A stretch of 64,000 nt of DNA from Octopus vulgaris (GCA_951406725.2 OX597817.1:137950001-138014000), one strand, 5' to 3'. Shown: positions 1 through 14,229, numbered from the stretch's first letter. Notes: generated by a model not told the origin, from the sequence alone. Numbers and translations: made by a program.

Positions 1-13
1 TACAGGGTGGTAT

Positions 14-1145
14 TCATGTAAAGAGTTCAGACCACTTGAGGTCAAGGGAGGCTTTGAACAAAGCGGTCGTCGGCATCTTCACCATCTCGTCTGGCAGCTT
101 GTTCCACGGATCCGCAACCCGGACGGAGAAAGCTACTCTCCTTCGATTGAGATGAAATCGTCGCAGGTAGAGCTTTTCGGAATGACCTCGCAGCCGAAGC
201 TCTGGAGCTGGAGTGAAGAACAGCTCTTTCGAGAGGTTACACTTTCCGCTTATGATGTTGTGAGCGAGAATGAGATCACCACGGCGGCGAAGTTTTTCTA
301 GAGAATAAAGGTCGAGCGTCTTCAGCCTTTCTTCATAAGACAAATTCTTGAGACCATGAACCATGCGGGTAGCCAGCTTCTGGACTCTTTCGAGATGCTG
401 TATGTCTTTGGGGAGATAAGGAGAAGAGGCTTGAATCCCGTACTCCAATATGGGTCTCACCAGCGTTACATAGAGCGGTAGGAATATGGCTGCTGTGAGC
501 ATTCCGAATGACTGTCGAATCAAGAACAGAATTCCGCGTGCTTTGTTGGCAGCATGGACACACTGGGCCGAAGGCGAAAAGGAGGAATCCACTAAGATAC
601 CCAGGTCCTTTACCTGATCGGTCCTCTCCAGCAGCAGACGACCCGGCTCGAAATCAAGTTGAGTTGCAGGAGGAGAGCCAACAGGCAGATGACAGCACTT
701 TGACACGTTCAGACACAGGTCCCATTCGTTAGACCACCTCCAAATTTGGTGGAGGCATCGACGAAGATCCTCTATATCACCGCGAGGAGTTTGACATCGT
801 CGGCAAATAGAAGGGTGTGTTGCGTGAGGTCGTCGGGCAAGTCATTTATGAAGACTAGGAACAATAAGGGCCCAAGCACTGAATCTTGAGGCACGCCAAT
901 GCTCGCATTGGAGACGTCGGACCGCGAACCATTAACTTGGACTTGGAAGGAGCGATCTGAGAGGAAGGCACCAACCCATCGTACAATATCCGGATGGAAA
1001 CTATATGCTTGAAGCTTGACAAGTAATAGGCGGTGGTTTACCGAGTCAAAAGCTTTGGCAAAGTCCAATAAAACGATGTCAACAGCATCACTATCATCGA
1101 GGATGCGCGTCACCAATTCTTCCATTACCAGTAAGTTGTTCAAGC
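14..1145 (-). mobile_element. CR1/L2-group LINE, RT C-terminal half, frameshifted
   Basis: ORF 772-1143 has LDFAKAFDSV, GVPQDSVLGPLLF and LLFADDVKL. ORF 14-706 has KDLGILVD, LYVTLVRPILEY, LERVQKLATR and RLRGH. Confidence 0.9.
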
Positions 1146-1896
1146 ATGATCTCTATCAGTTTCACTTCTATATCACACCAAGTCAGTCTTGTGCTGTCCT
1201 CCTTATAGATTCCACTCTATCTCAAGCCTTGTGGATATCAACTCTTCATATCCATCCACACAATTCTTGTTTCTTCCTCCCTTCCCCCCTCTCTCTCTCT
1301 CCATTAATTCTTGCCTTCTGTTAACAAACTCTGTAATACATTTTTTCCTAATTAAGTCTCCGAAATATTTTTACTTTTCTCTCTTTGATGCTGTCAAATA
1401 AAATTCTTTCAGTTTTTGCCATTCTTAATTCTTCCTCATTGGTTTTGTGTTGTGTCCATGATATTCTCAAACCTTTTCTCTATACCGACATCTCAAAGAC
1501 TTCCAATCATTTGTTAATATCCATTTTTCTGCTCCATACAATTCACTCGGCAATACATAACACTTTAATAATCCGGGGTTTTTTTCTAGATTTCAGGATT
1601 ATGTCTCACAATTTTTTCACATCTCTCTCTCTCTCTCTCTCACCCTCTCTCTCTCTCACTCACTCTCTCTCACTCACTCACTCTCTCTTCCACTCACTCA
1701 CTCTCTATCTCTGTCTGTATATACATATATATATATATATGTGTATATATATGTGTGTGTGTGTACATAAACACGCACATATATTCTATTCTATCTTTCT
1801 TTCTCTCTCTCTCACTCACTCTCTCTCTCACTCACTCTCTCTCTCACTCACTCACTCTCTCTCTCTCTCTCACTTTCTATCTCTCTCTGTATATAC

Positions 1897-1945
<49 letters not shown>

Positions 1946-2444
1946 CACACACATATATTCTATTCTATCTTTCTATCTCTCTCAGTCTTCCTTTTGATTT
2001 CAATTTCCTTCTTTCTATCTTTTTTATTCCAATTATCTCAGGTAAATTATTATCTTTGATCTCCTATTAATTAACTTCCCCTCAGTTGTAATATTCCCTT
2101 CTGATGGCCCTTGTTTCCTGCTGATTCCATTGATTTTGTTTCCTTGGACATTACTTTGTCATTTACTTTTTCCTGTTCCCCCAAATATTTTTGGCCAAAA
2201 ACTAGTTTAACTTTCTGAATTAATTTGCTTCTGTTTCAGCTCCTTTTCTTGGTACCTCAGCATCTATTGTGTCCTTTATCGAAATTCAACGCTGCTTCTT
2301 GGTACCAATGCAGCTTGGTAGATCTTACGCAAAGACACTTCTTTCGTCACATGGCACCGAAATACACGATTCAAATGGCATTCGTCCAGCACATGGGTCA
2401 AAGATATGCATTGATACACTGCGATAGTACATACGTACATACAT

Positions 2445-3402
2445 TGTTACGACCTGGTGGCCATAACCCGAATTTACACAACCAACAATGATGAGGTGAA
2501 TCCAAAACAACACACCATGAAATTTTTTTTAAATACTATTAACAATTAAGCGTAAACATACACAAATAACCTACATACAAAATAAATATATACGAACTAA
2601 ATAAATTAATGCTACACTAGACGTGCAGTCGAAATATTTACAAAAGAAAAATATATACAGTTTAGAAATTTCGACTCAAAAACCTGGCTTCGCAAACTTG
2701 ATTTCTCAAACTTGGATTCGTAAATCTGGCTTCATTAGATTTATGAATTTGGCTTCGTTGGATTCATAAATTTGGATTCACAAATTTGGTTTCACAATTG
2801 TCAAAACAACCATTTAAACTAAAAGTCCATGACAAAAAATGGCTGCCAGACTACATCAATAATTACAGTTAAACTTTTTTAAATAGTCAAACAAAAAATC
2901 TAGTTTGCTTTAAATTCACACAAAACTGCTTCAAACACGAATGCTGAGTAACGATTAGACAAAATTTACAGTTTAGTTGTCTAATACAAAAAATTGGCTA
3001 CATGAAAAATTAAATTCATACACCCTCTAGCTATTTATACAAATATTTTAACACCTATCTTAACAGAAAATAGCTAGCAAAATTACTACACAACCTGCCA
3101 CAAATTAGGTATTCAAAATTGAGATCTTTGCACTCACCCAAATGACACAGAAATTATTTAAATCTGACAAGCAAAAGTTCTGGCGAATTCCTGGAGCATA
3201 AAATAAATCCACAAATGCCTAGCACAAAGAGCATGAACTAAACAGGCAATGATAGCTTCCAGAATCCAATTGAACAACTTTGTCACACAGAAAAACTTTA
3301 ACTATCACAAAAAACTGGGTGTACAATTATCTCTGCTTATAAATGTTTGCCAATTTGTTAGAGTTTTACAGTTTTGGCTAATAACACCTAACTTCCCCCA
3401 TT
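2445..3402 (-). mobile_element. Probable 3' LTR (about 940 bp) of an LTR retrotransposon with polypurine tract
   Basis: Termini TGTTA...TAACA at 2445 and 3386. On the minus strand a purine-rich TGGGGGAAGTTAGG lies immediately before the TG. Internal ~15-bp tandem repeats at 2680-2796. No TSD or internal ORF seen. Confidence 0.5.
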
Positions 3403-3607
3403 TTGACGATGGACTTCATCCTGACCTTACAGTGCAGCATGAAAAACTGTCTGTTTATCTGTTTACCTGTTAATATTATACGATAAAACGTTTTTATCGT
3501 TTTTATAATTTCCTAACAGCATATATAGATACATACGTACATACGTACATGCATGCATACATGTGCATTTACATACATACTTTCATACATATATACATAT
3601 ACAGAAT

Positions 3608-3678
3608 GGCGGCGAGCTGGCAGAATCGTTAACATGCCGGGCGAAATGCTTAGCAGTATTTCGTCTGCCGTTACGTTC
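3608..3678 (+). mobile_element. 5' head of tRNA-derived SINE (family A), truncated at the hAT insertion
   Basis: GGCGGCGAGCTGGCAGAATCGTTAAC..., matching the heads at 51013 and 55330. Confidence 0.75.
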
Positions 3679-3686
3679 CTATATAC

Positions 3687-4192
3687 CAGGGGTCACCAAA
3701 CGTTTTTAACGGCGGGCCACATAACTGAGAGAAGGACAATGGCGGGCCGCATAATCATTTTGTTTAATACAATACAGTGAACGCACAATAAAATAAAGAC
3801 AACCAATATATTTATTTTCCAAAATGTTATCAAAGATAACATTGCAGTATGATGGTTATATCACACCCAGTGCCACACATGCCCGCATCTCACAAACTAA
3901 ACAGCGAGAAAAAAGGTTGGTGTGATTTGTGGAACTGGTGTTTAGCTTTTAAGACAGTATCATTATTTCCTTTGGAATTGCTGCATCCAACCAAGAGAAT
4001 TGCTTTCAAATGTTCATCAGTCGACCTCGTTCAATGTGCTGACTTCACATTCTTCATTTTTGAAAAATGTTTGCTCACAGACGTAAGTTGTTCCAGCTAT
4101 ACCAGAGGCTAATGCGGGTACTTACAGAAAAGGTACAGAGCGGCGGCGGGCAAGATGAACTGACCTCGCAGGCCGTAGTACGGTGACCCCTG
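3687..4192 (-). mobile_element. Non-autonomous hAT (Charlie/SPIN-like) DNA transposon
   Basis: TIRs CAGGGGTCACC/GGTGACCCCTG. 8-bp TSD CTATATAC (3679-3686) / GTATATAC (4193-4200). Minus-strand remnant resembling GTTYVCEQ.FSKMK of the hAT dimerisation domain. Confidence 0.85.
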
Positions 4193-4344
4193 GTATATAC
4201 TGACAGCCGCTTCTCTATCGTCTACTTGCTACGTTCTGTCTACCGACCTAACAACCTGTCTACCTAATCTTCAACCTATGGACCAAGGTACCAGCACATT
4301 GACCTAAATTCTACATTCCCACCAACCTTATGAAGGCTTATTGC

Positions 4345-4570
4345 TTACGGCTTAGGTTGTTGCACTCACGATTGCAAGGCCATGGTTTCGATTCCCGGAC
4401 CTAACGATGCGGCGTGTTCTAGAGCGAATCACTTCGTTTTCCACTATTGTTCCAGTCCACCCGGCTGGCAAAAATGAGTGCCGCCCCACCCCGCAATGAA
4501 CTGGCGTCTCATCCAGGGATGGGATGTTGTGATCGCGGTCACTTATAGGCCATAGAAACTGGTTACCCAA
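4345..4570 (+). mobile_element. Degraded tRNA-derived SINE
   Basis: B-box-like GTTTCGATTCCC followed by TTGTTCCAGTCCAC...AAATGAGT, as in the copies at 46250 and 57745. Confidence 0.55.
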
Positions 4571-5289
4571 TGAGTCCAAGGGCTGGAGACAGTAATAGCC
4601 AATGGTTGAGGAGGGGGAGAAGGAGGAGGAGGATGGTGGTGGTGGTGGTGGTGGTGGTGTCGACGACGACGACGATGATGACGACAAAGACAATGATGAT
4701 GATGATGATAATGGTGATGATGACGATGATGGTAATGATTATGATGATGACAACATTGACGATGATGAGGAGGAAGAGGAAGAGGAGGATGATAATGATG
4801 ATGACAGTGATGATGAAAAACGTCCACACCTATCTCTACACACGTACATTTCCAAGCCTATCCACATATTTACCAAGCTAGCTAACAAACATAGCTACCC
4901 CTAAGCACCTGTTTATTTACCTAGCTTACTTCTTACCTGTATACAAACTCAGGATAACTTGGTCAATTATCTGCCTGCCTGCCTGCCTACCTACTTCACT
5001 GCCTATCAAGAAACAAAACTACTAAACTACTTACACACAAAATCAACCAATTTCTATACACGCACACATTTTAAGTCACCCCTTAGAAGAGAGACCATCT
5101 AAACACTGCAATATATTTAGTCCTATGTTCAATTGTTATTTCTGCCAACATTTGGTCGTATAAACACGAAATGCCACAGGACTACCAAAAGCTGCAGATA
5201 ATGTCTTTTGAGACTTTCATTAGATTTGCGAACCTTCTGGCATACATTGAATTGAAAAGTGTGCGCAGATATACAGACAGAGTAGATGG

Positions 5290-5640
5290 TAGAGGTTCAT
5301 TTTCCATGGGTTCGCAAATGAGATTTGAGCCCAGCAAAAGAAGGGCATGGTCTGTTACAAACTGTGCACACAAAAGGATCATTGTCATTCACCTTCTCGA
5401 TCGTAACATTCTTCTTTAAATCTCTCTTGAGTTTTGCATGCGTTATCATTGGCTCTTCAAACGCTTTCACTCCGCTCCACACTTTTGTTCGCCATCCAAC
5501 TCGACCTGAATCAAGGGTTTCTATGTTCTCTGGCTCCGTTCCAAGTGATTTCATTATAGTCCTTATTGCCGTCCTTAAACCTTTTTTTAAGTTTATACCG
5601 GTAGCGTTTCCCCTCTTCAAAGGCATTTTTCGTGGATTTG
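5290..5640 (-). mobile_element. RTE-clade LINE 3' end with terminal C2H2 finger
   Basis: ORF 5297-5626: RVGWRTKVWSGVKAFE...FVCTVCNRPCPSFAGLKSHLRTH, a typical RTE ORF C-terminus. Confidence 0.8.
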
Positions 5641-5766
5641 TTCTAACAATTCAAAATGTCTTTCATAACATGTCCATGTTTCACAAGAATACAACAGGGA
5701 TGGTAAGACAAATGATTTGTAAAGAGCCAGCTTTGTATTGTTATTCATATACATACACACACACAC

Positions 5767-5867
<101 letters not shown>

Positions 5868-6942
5868 TAAATACTATCAGCCTGACTTGTATTGTTGACC
5901 CAGAACTTATTCAAACTTCCTTACTTATTTCAGCAACAAAAGAAAATATTTAAATAGAAATAAAACTGTAATTTTTCTTGCAGTCATTTTTGGATTTAAT
6001 GCTGTTAAATTTGCGCTAATCACATTCAGATTAATTAAGATTAACATGAACTGTTAAACATAATCTTCGTGTGATTATATATTGCATATGTAGACTTAAC
6101 ATTGAACATAATAATTAGTTTGACAAAGTTTTGGTATTGCAGTCTGTCAGAGAATGCTAAACGACAAAATAATTACTTGTCTACAATTTGAGATCGTTGT
6201 TTAGTATTGGCAATTTTCTTCTCTGAAACTACAAAAGTCTACTTGAAAACCAACTATGATTTATATCCCTGGTACAAGGTTACCAGTTTTTATGAGTTAC
6301 TGGCGTTATTGTCGAATGATGTAACGCCATTATGGTAATGGTACTTACTTTATCGAAGCTGGGAGGATAAAAGGCAATAACGAGACCAACATCAATTTGT
6401 GGATTCAAAATATAAAACTGGAAATCAAACGTAAGCTCAATTGACCTGACATCGTTAGCTGAACCTGAAAGTAAACTCGTTTATCAAACTAGCTTCTGTT
6501 TACATAATGTGTTGCTGAAACAGCAAAACAACGAATACAGCAGATAATATTTATAGAGCTTTCAGAAAAAAAAAAACACAAACCATACATAATAATGTCT
6601 AAAATATGTGTCCATATTTTTGTCGATTGTTATCAACGGGATATGGTGAGTAGGAAGAACAAGTTTATAGCAGCAAAACCAAACATTGAAACAGTAAGAA
6701 GCCAAGCATTTCATACACCATAAAGTGCAAATAGCCATCATATTGTGATCGATAAATAGAAACATACTTGAATTTTAGTAAAATAATTGAAAATACGAGC
6801 ATTTATGGAGCAACGGGAACTTTTATTATACGTTTTCTCAATGGAGCTTGTCGTTTATATATACATGCGAGAGAGAGGGAGAGAGAGAATGTGTGTGTGT
6901 GAGAGAGAGAGAAAGAGAATGTGTGTGTGTGTCTTTGTGTGT

Positions 6943-6978
<36 letters not shown>

Positions 6979-7126
6979 ATGTACATGCGCATGTGTATAT
7001 ATGTAAGCATATATATATATATAGAGAGAGAGAGAGTCAGACAGAGATATAGAGACAGAGAGAGAGACAGAGAGAGAGAGATAGAGGTAGGTAGGCAGGT
7101 AGGTAGGTAGGTAGACAGAGAGATAA

Positions 7127-7157
<31 letters not shown>

Positions 7158-7196
7158 CATACATACATACATACATACATACATACATACATACAT

Positions 7197-7372
<176 letters not shown>

Positions 7373-8454
7373 TGGGAGAGATGCGAGTATATGTGTGTGT
7401 ATTATTCCTACTGATCTGAAGACCTTGGCCTCCTCCTTATGAAATTTGGTCTGGATTTTAGGAAGACAATAAATGTTAAGAAGTATTTGCATTGTTTGCA
7501 TATCATGGATTGCTGCGATTTCTTGATTGAATTATACACATGCATACACGCGCACACATACACACACATTAACACACTCGAACGAACACACACATATATG
7601 TATATATGTATGCATGTATGAATGCATTTATGTAAGGAGGGATGGCTGTATATGTGTGTATCTAGCGTGAAAGAGCTCTTTCACTCGACGAAAATGACAC
7701 AGAAGCTGCTACCTTTATTTATTAACCATATATATTTCATGGAATAACATCTCGTTGCAGAACTGCCATCTGGTCAGTGTTGTGGAACTTGGTCAGTAAC
7801 CATGATGCAATTGTGCAATGAAGGTGTTGATGCCGAAACAAGCAAGTGAAAAAGTGAATTTAACAGAGGTCTTTTTTTTATATATTTTGTGAGACATTGG
7901 TTCTTCTAGGATATGGTTCCTTCACTTTCAACACTCGCATCTCAGGTGACTTGCTAAATAGTGAGAGCTACGAAATACATACATGCATACATACACAAGC
8001 ATACACACATGCACACATACATACATACATACACACATACATACATACACGCATACATACATACACACATACATACATATATACACACATATATACATAC
8101 ATACATACACACACACATGCACACATACATACATACATACATACATACATACATGCATACATACACAAACATACACACATGCACACACACATACATATGC
8201 ATACACACATATATGCATGCATACATACATACATACATACATACACACATACATACATGCACACATACATACATATATACCCACATACATACATACATAC
8301 ATACATATATACACACATACACACATACATACATACATACATACATACATACATACATACATACATACATACATACATACATACATACATACGCGCACAC
8401 ACACATATATTTATATAATCACATCCATCCCCAGTTAAAGCAGTTAAATCTGTC

Positions 8455-9630
8455 AACGTAGACAGACAATTTATATCCAAAACTCACCCAGTCGTATCTC
8501 TGCAGTTACATTCAGGTTCTGCTGTTTCTGTAGAATTTACAGAATTGTGGCTATGGTTATAGAATCGGAATTCTATTATATCCACACAGCTCTAACTTTT
8601 ATAGGTGAAGATTTTTATACAAATACGTTGCTATCGCTTAGTGCCAGTTGTTCTATGTATTTCCTCTTCATATTATAAGCCTTCCAGTTAGAATTTTATT
8701 ATGATACGAGTTAATATAGGGAAATATTTCTCTGTTCCATAATAAATTAGTTATTTGTCTGCTAATGTCGTGTATAATAAGTTGTATTGTGGTGACCAGG
8801 TGACAGGAGATTTTATTAGGTTTGTTTCTGTGTGGGGTTAAATGTTGCAACAGTTGATGCCAGTGTTTCGGTTTCGTGGTACATCGAGTAAATGTGCTAT
8901 CTTCAAATTAATATTCATCGAAATTTTAAATTCAATTCTTTAATGATGCAAACCATTTTCATCTTAAGTCTGTCTATTTCGTGTCCGTTTATGTTGTGGA
9001 ATACAATTTCGTTGTCTCTGTAAAGATCTATGTTGAATGATCTCGTTCTGTTTTTTTTTTTTTTGTGTGTGTGTATGATGTATAACTCAAGCGTATCCGA
9101 AATATCTGTTCCACTGTAGCTAATATTGAAAACAAATTCATTTTTGTGTTTTTTAAACCAGAAGAAACTGTCATAAAATAACATCTTCCTCGCATTCGCT
9201 ATAATATTGATATCGGTGCTATCTATGTTGGTGCATACTTTCCCAATTCTAGAGCTTTGAAAAGAAACTTTAGAAATAGATGAACAGCATTCTATGATAT
9301 CCACCTGAATGAATTCGTGTTAAGATTTATCTTCGATATCGCTAAATCGCTGAACACTGACACTGCTCTGTTTTCATTCTGTGAAATGTCTTTTATTTAT
9401 GTTTATAGTATTTAAAAAACGTTTGTTTAACCCCATCCTCCCCGCTTGTCCACTTTTCAGTGCGTTGACAAGGCCACATCTGGCGTTACCCGTTAAACTG
9501 TCATTGTTTTCCTTTAATGTTATATAAGAGCAACGCAAGATGATGCCCTTCAACCTGATTCGCTTATTTAATTGCGTTGCCAGAATCTTCGTCGCTGATA
9601 AAATTGCGTGAATTTACGTATACTTTAGTA
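8455..9630 (-). mobile_element. Penelope-like element RT remnant running into the Cys-rich linker (heavily decayed)
   Basis: Ordered minus-strand motifs: YITLKEN..CGLVNALKS, FIQVDIIECCSSIS, IIANARKMLFY, IDLYRDNE (GLYRDDG-like), NLKIAHLLDV, NREIF, ECNCR...LDINCLS. Confidence 0.75.
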
Positions 9631-9649
9631 CTTTTAGTTATGCTTCTAA

Positions 9650-9865
9650 TATTGGTTTCAAATTTTGGCACAAGACCAGCTATTTCGGGGGAGGGGATGA
9701 GTCGCTTACATCGACCCCAGTGTTCAACTGGTACTTATTGTACCGACCCCGAGAAAATGAATGGCAAAGTCGACCTCAGCAGAATCTAAAATCACAATTT
9801 AAACACGATCGAAATGTCGCCGAACATTTTGTCCGGTATGCTAACGATTTAGGCAGCTCGCTGCA
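9650..9865 (-). mobile_element. tRNA-derived SINE (family A), diverged
   Basis: ATCGACCCCAGTG..ACTGGTACTT..CGACCCCGA..TGAATGGCAAAGTCGACCTC core shared with other copies. Confidence 0.75.
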
Positions 9866-10239
9866 TTATATATTCCTAATATGAATCCTAGAAAGAGTAA
9901 TACTCACATTGTTTGGCATCGTCTCTATTTCGAATAATTTTTTGGCTTTGGTGGGTTGCACGGATGTACTCTTTTGAATTTGAGAAAAGTGATAAATGGT
10001 TGCTTCGTATATTCTAGAAGATGTTGGCTACATTTTTTCATACGTTGTTACAAGTTGGTTTTATTTCACTTTGAATATTTTGTAGTTGTTACTATGATCG
10101 ACATTTCGGTTTGTTTTGGAGACAGATTTCTTCTCGCAGAATTCGTTGCAAGCGTTTTTGCCAAGGAAGCATGGTTTCCATTTGGCACTTTTTATTGGCA
10201 TCGTCAAGTGTTTGTGGAGAAAGATTGTCGGCTGTCTCA

Positions 10240-10545
10240 TCGGTAGATAATACCGTGATGATGTTTTCGGACAATCGCTTATGATGTGGGTGATATCTTC
10301 AGTGTGAACTCCGCAAAATCTGCATCGGTTGTCATACTTTACTGCTTTTCCTGCATATCTATCCCTTTTGTGCATCAGGTATTTGGTTGATATTTCCTGT
10401 TACTGGATTGCAAATACATACCCCCACAAAGTTGGAGGTAGTAACCCGGTTATTCGTCCATGATAAACTGCTTTGATGATCGATGTTACTATCATCACGG
10501 AGCTTTCTTCTAACATATCAATACATAGTCTTCTGCTCATATAGG
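10240..10545 (-). mobile_element. R4/NeSL-like restriction-endonuclease non-LTR retrotransposon fragment (CCHC finger)
   Basis: YVFAIQ.QEISTKYL...CRFCGVHTEDITHIISDCPK...YYLPMR. Confidence 0.7.
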
Positions 10546-11636
10546 CGTGTATGTATGTATGTATGTATGTATGTATGTATGTATGTATGTATGTATGTGC
10601 TCTTGCATGTGTGTGTGTAAATTTAAAAGAACTGAAATGAAAAACTCAATGAATAATTGTTGGTAATTCTTCGGAAAAGTTTCCCATCGTTTATAAAGAA
10701 ACAAATTTACAAACAGTTTGGGCCACTTGAATAGCCACTGATTTTATTTGTTGATTCGGTTGTTTTGGGTTTTTTATTTTTTGTGGAAATTACACAAATA
10801 AATAGAAAAGATAAAGTGAATCATAAATATTAATATCTACTTGTGAAGTAGATTCCGCTTAGCCAGTTCCTTCCTGAATCTCTTTAAATTGGCGCTTATT
10901 TTGCAAATGTTAAGATGACTTCAATAAATAACAGGAAAGGTCACTAAGAAAATCAATTACTCAAGAATTGAAGGAAATTCCTTGATTAATCATACTTTCA
11001 AAGGATAAAAAAAAATGTTGGTCATATTTTTTTCTTTACTTTTTTCTTTCTGTTATTTAGTTCTGTTGGAATCTGGATCGCTCGGGATTTTAGCTGGCCG
11101 AAATGCTTCCTCAAAGACAGGAATTTTGTATTCTTTAAATTTGAATTTATCTGCAAATTCTAAAGTTTGTAGTTTACAACAGTTACCACTCATAATTATG
11201 AATATTACAATAAATACAAATATAAATTTTGTTTCAAACAAAAATCTATTCTAGCAGATTAGAGTCGACTGAATCGGCCTAGTGTATCACCAGTTGTAAT
11301 ATATTCAAGCAAATATTTCATAAAAGGTCTTACTCTATATATGCCTGCTACAATTTTAAAACAGAAAAATGTTATTAAGTGAGATTTGATTGTTAATTTT
11401 AGCAAGTTAAAAAGGATCGTTTAGAAGCCTTCTCGTTGGCAATGAAAGGCAACTCAAGTGAACTTTAGATTTGTAGAGGCCTAAACTAAATATCAGGATA
11501 TTTAGCAAGGAAGTCTGATGCATTGGTGTTTGAAATGAAAGAAATATTATATTTTCGTACAGTTCTATATTTAAGAGATGAGGAATTATGTACATTATTT
11601 ACATTATTTACATTTGTCCTCATCTTATTTGTTGTT

Positions 11637-11682
11637 AACACAACGTTTCGCTGAATATACCCTCCGGCCTTCATCAGGTGTC
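11637..11682 (-). ncRNA. Minimal type-I hammerhead ribozyme
   Basis: GACAC CTGATGA AG GCCG..CAGC GAAAC GTT GTGTT; stem II imperfect. Confidence 0.7.
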
Positions 11683-11709
11683 TTGGGGAAATTTCGAACC
11701 AGGGTTCCC

Positions 11710-11772
<63 letters not shown>

Positions 11773-11798
11773 GGAACCCAGGTTCGAATTTTCCCCAA

Positions 11799-11844
11799 GA
11801 CACCTGATGAAGGCCGGGAGGTATATCAGCCGAAATGTTGTGTT
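11799..11844 (+). ncRNA. Minimal type-I hammerhead ribozyme
   Basis: GACAC CTGATGA A GGCCG..CAGCC GAAAT GTT GTGTT; C>T in stem III. Confidence 0.7.
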
Positions 11845-12224
11845 AACAACAAACAAGATGAGAACAAATATCCGTCAAATGTAAATAATGTATTATATTT
11901 TGGGTAGATATTATTTAATATATTACATATAATATTTCATATTTGTACAAATATAGGAAGCCGTAGAGAGAAAAAAACTGTCACATTTTAGAGGGTCATT
12001 GGGGTAGCGGTAGGGGAGCTAGATGGATGGTAATGGTGTCTTCATGTACCCAATATTCCATTGCAATATTCCATAAAGTTACCATCGTGTTTCAGCCGGT
12101 GTGTTTGCTGAACTATTTGTCAACCTCTAAAGCGCGTGAGAGATCTTTTTGTTTCACTCTGTATTACAATTATTTTGTTTTGTGCGAGGAATACTAAAAC
12201 AGTCACAAATAACCTTTTCTTTTT

Positions 12225-12604
12225 TACTCTAGGTACAAAGCCCGAAATTTGGGGGGAGGGGGACAGTAGATTATATCTACCCCAGTACGCAACTGGTACT
12301 TAATTTATCGATCCCGAAAGGATGCCAATGCAGAGTCAACCTCGGCGGAATTTGAACTCAGAACGTAGCGGCAGGCGAAATACCTATTTATTTACTATCC
12401 ACAAGGGGCTAAACACAGAGAGGACAAACAAGGACAGACAAAGTGATTAAGTCGATCACATCGACCCCAGTGCGTAACTGGTACTTATTTAATCGACCCC
12501 GAAAGGATGAAAGGCAAAGTCGACCTCGGCGGAATTTGAACTCAGAACGTAGCGGCAGACGAAATACTGCTAAGCATTTCGCCCGGCCTGCTAACGTTTC
12601 TGCC
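12225..12604 (-). mobile_element. Dimeric tRNA-derived SINE (family A)
   Basis: Two tandem cores ATCGACCCCGAAAGGATG...CGGAATTTGAACTCAGAACG; head complement at 12560-12604. Confidence 0.85.
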
Positions 12605-13240
12605 TAAAACCGTCACAAATAATATTTCATTTTTGTGCTGATAATGCCCAACATATAATCATATTTTCCCTGTGGACGATGTTTCAAATATTACAAATAT
12701 AACATTTTTGTCTGAGCAATGAAGAAAACTAAACAAAGGAATAATATTATTTTGGTTCTACAGTTGACAATTCCATATAGATTGAGAATGAGATTTACTG
12801 TAGAACTAGAAAACTTGTGTTGGAATTTCTAGGTTTTGGAATTTCTAGGTGTTGGAATTTCTATATTTTCTCCGAAATATCTTTTAATGGAAATGATGAA
12901 CCGACAAAATTCAAAACCAATCAGTCGCCACTTTCATAAGAAAAAGAGACGCTAGTTTTTCTGTGGCTGGCACCATGTACAATGTAAGAATTAGGTGAGA
13001 GAACTAATGAGGAAATGAAGTGAAATAGTGGTGTACTTCTATAACAAATATCTGAGATGCTGTTAACGAGATAAAAACTGAGAATCTGTGGAACTGTGAC
13101 AAACATTACCATATTCAATGATGAAATTCTTGATTGGGTAGTTTTCAACGAAAATCAAATAAATTGAGAGGAATTTGAATCGAAATTAGTTGAGAAATGG
13201 AAAACTTTCCAATTTAATGGAATCTTTGATGTGCGCAGGC

Positions 13241-13272
<32 letters not shown>

Positions 13273-13602
13273 ATGTATGTGTGTGTGTGTGTGTGCGTGT
13301 GTGTGTGTGTATACATATACATATACATACAAACTTATATGCATGCATATGTGCAAATATACATATATATATACTGTGTTTGTGTGTGTGTCTGTGTGTG
13401 CGTTTGTGTGTGTGTCTGTGTGTGTGTGTGTGTGTGTGTGAGTTTGTAATTTTATACGTAATAATATATGTGCACACGGATATGTAAATATGCATACACC
13501 CTATATACAAATACACATGCATATGAATGCATGTATACATACAAATATATACAAATACACGCCGACAAACACACTCACGCATACATATATTTGTGTGAGA
13601 GC

Positions 13603-13641
<39 letters not shown>

Positions 13642-14011
13642 GGACGCGGAACTATAGTATCATGTGATTTTAGCGTGTTTAGTGCGTCACAGCAGGCATT
13701 CATTTTATGTGTGCGTGTGTGTGAGTGTGAGTATGTGTGCGTGTGTGCATGCGTGCGCGTGTATGTCCTGAATCGTTGATATAACCATGATGTTCTGCTG
13801 ATCTGATGAGTTAGCTCTCTTTATTTGCATTGGTCTGTGAATCTAGGACTGTATTGTATAGGGCATAGCATACATATTGATGCAAGCATGTAAACATAAT
13901 TTCTTATACACTGGAATTATTATTACAGGAAGAAGGCTGCGAAACGGCCGTAATCCTAAGGATATCAACTAGTTAAATATATTCACCTCTAATACTTCCT
14001 GACTTTTTGTG

Positions 14012-14049
<38 letters not shown>

Positions 14050-14137
14050 ATAACTCCTATACATACACACACACACATACATATATATATACACATACAC
14101 ATACATATAAGATGACATAGCTAAATAGATAGACAGG

Positions 14138-14229
<92 letters not shown>

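Larger units (their letters stand above)
11559..11892. mobile_element. Inverted pair of hammerhead-SINE 3' halves around (TAA)n
   Basis: 11600-11710 is the reverse complement of 11771-11892, with a (TAA)n spacer. Probable TSD TATTATATTTT at 11545-11555 and 11891-11901. Same sequence as 58890-58995. Confidence 0.9.

Noticed and set aside
4570-4904. Acidic or poly-amino-acid ORFs (also 59559-60303)
   Set aside because: Compound trinucleotide microsatellites.
11053-11241. 62-aa ORF resembling a secreted peptide
   Set aside because: The start is TTG, the hydrophobic stretch comes from T-rich sequence, and there is no convincing splice context or homology.
13795-13970. CTGATGA at 13803 and the GGCTG-CGAAA-CGGCC hairpin at about 13934
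   Set aside because: The two do not combine into a valid fold, the core is degenerate and stem I is missing.
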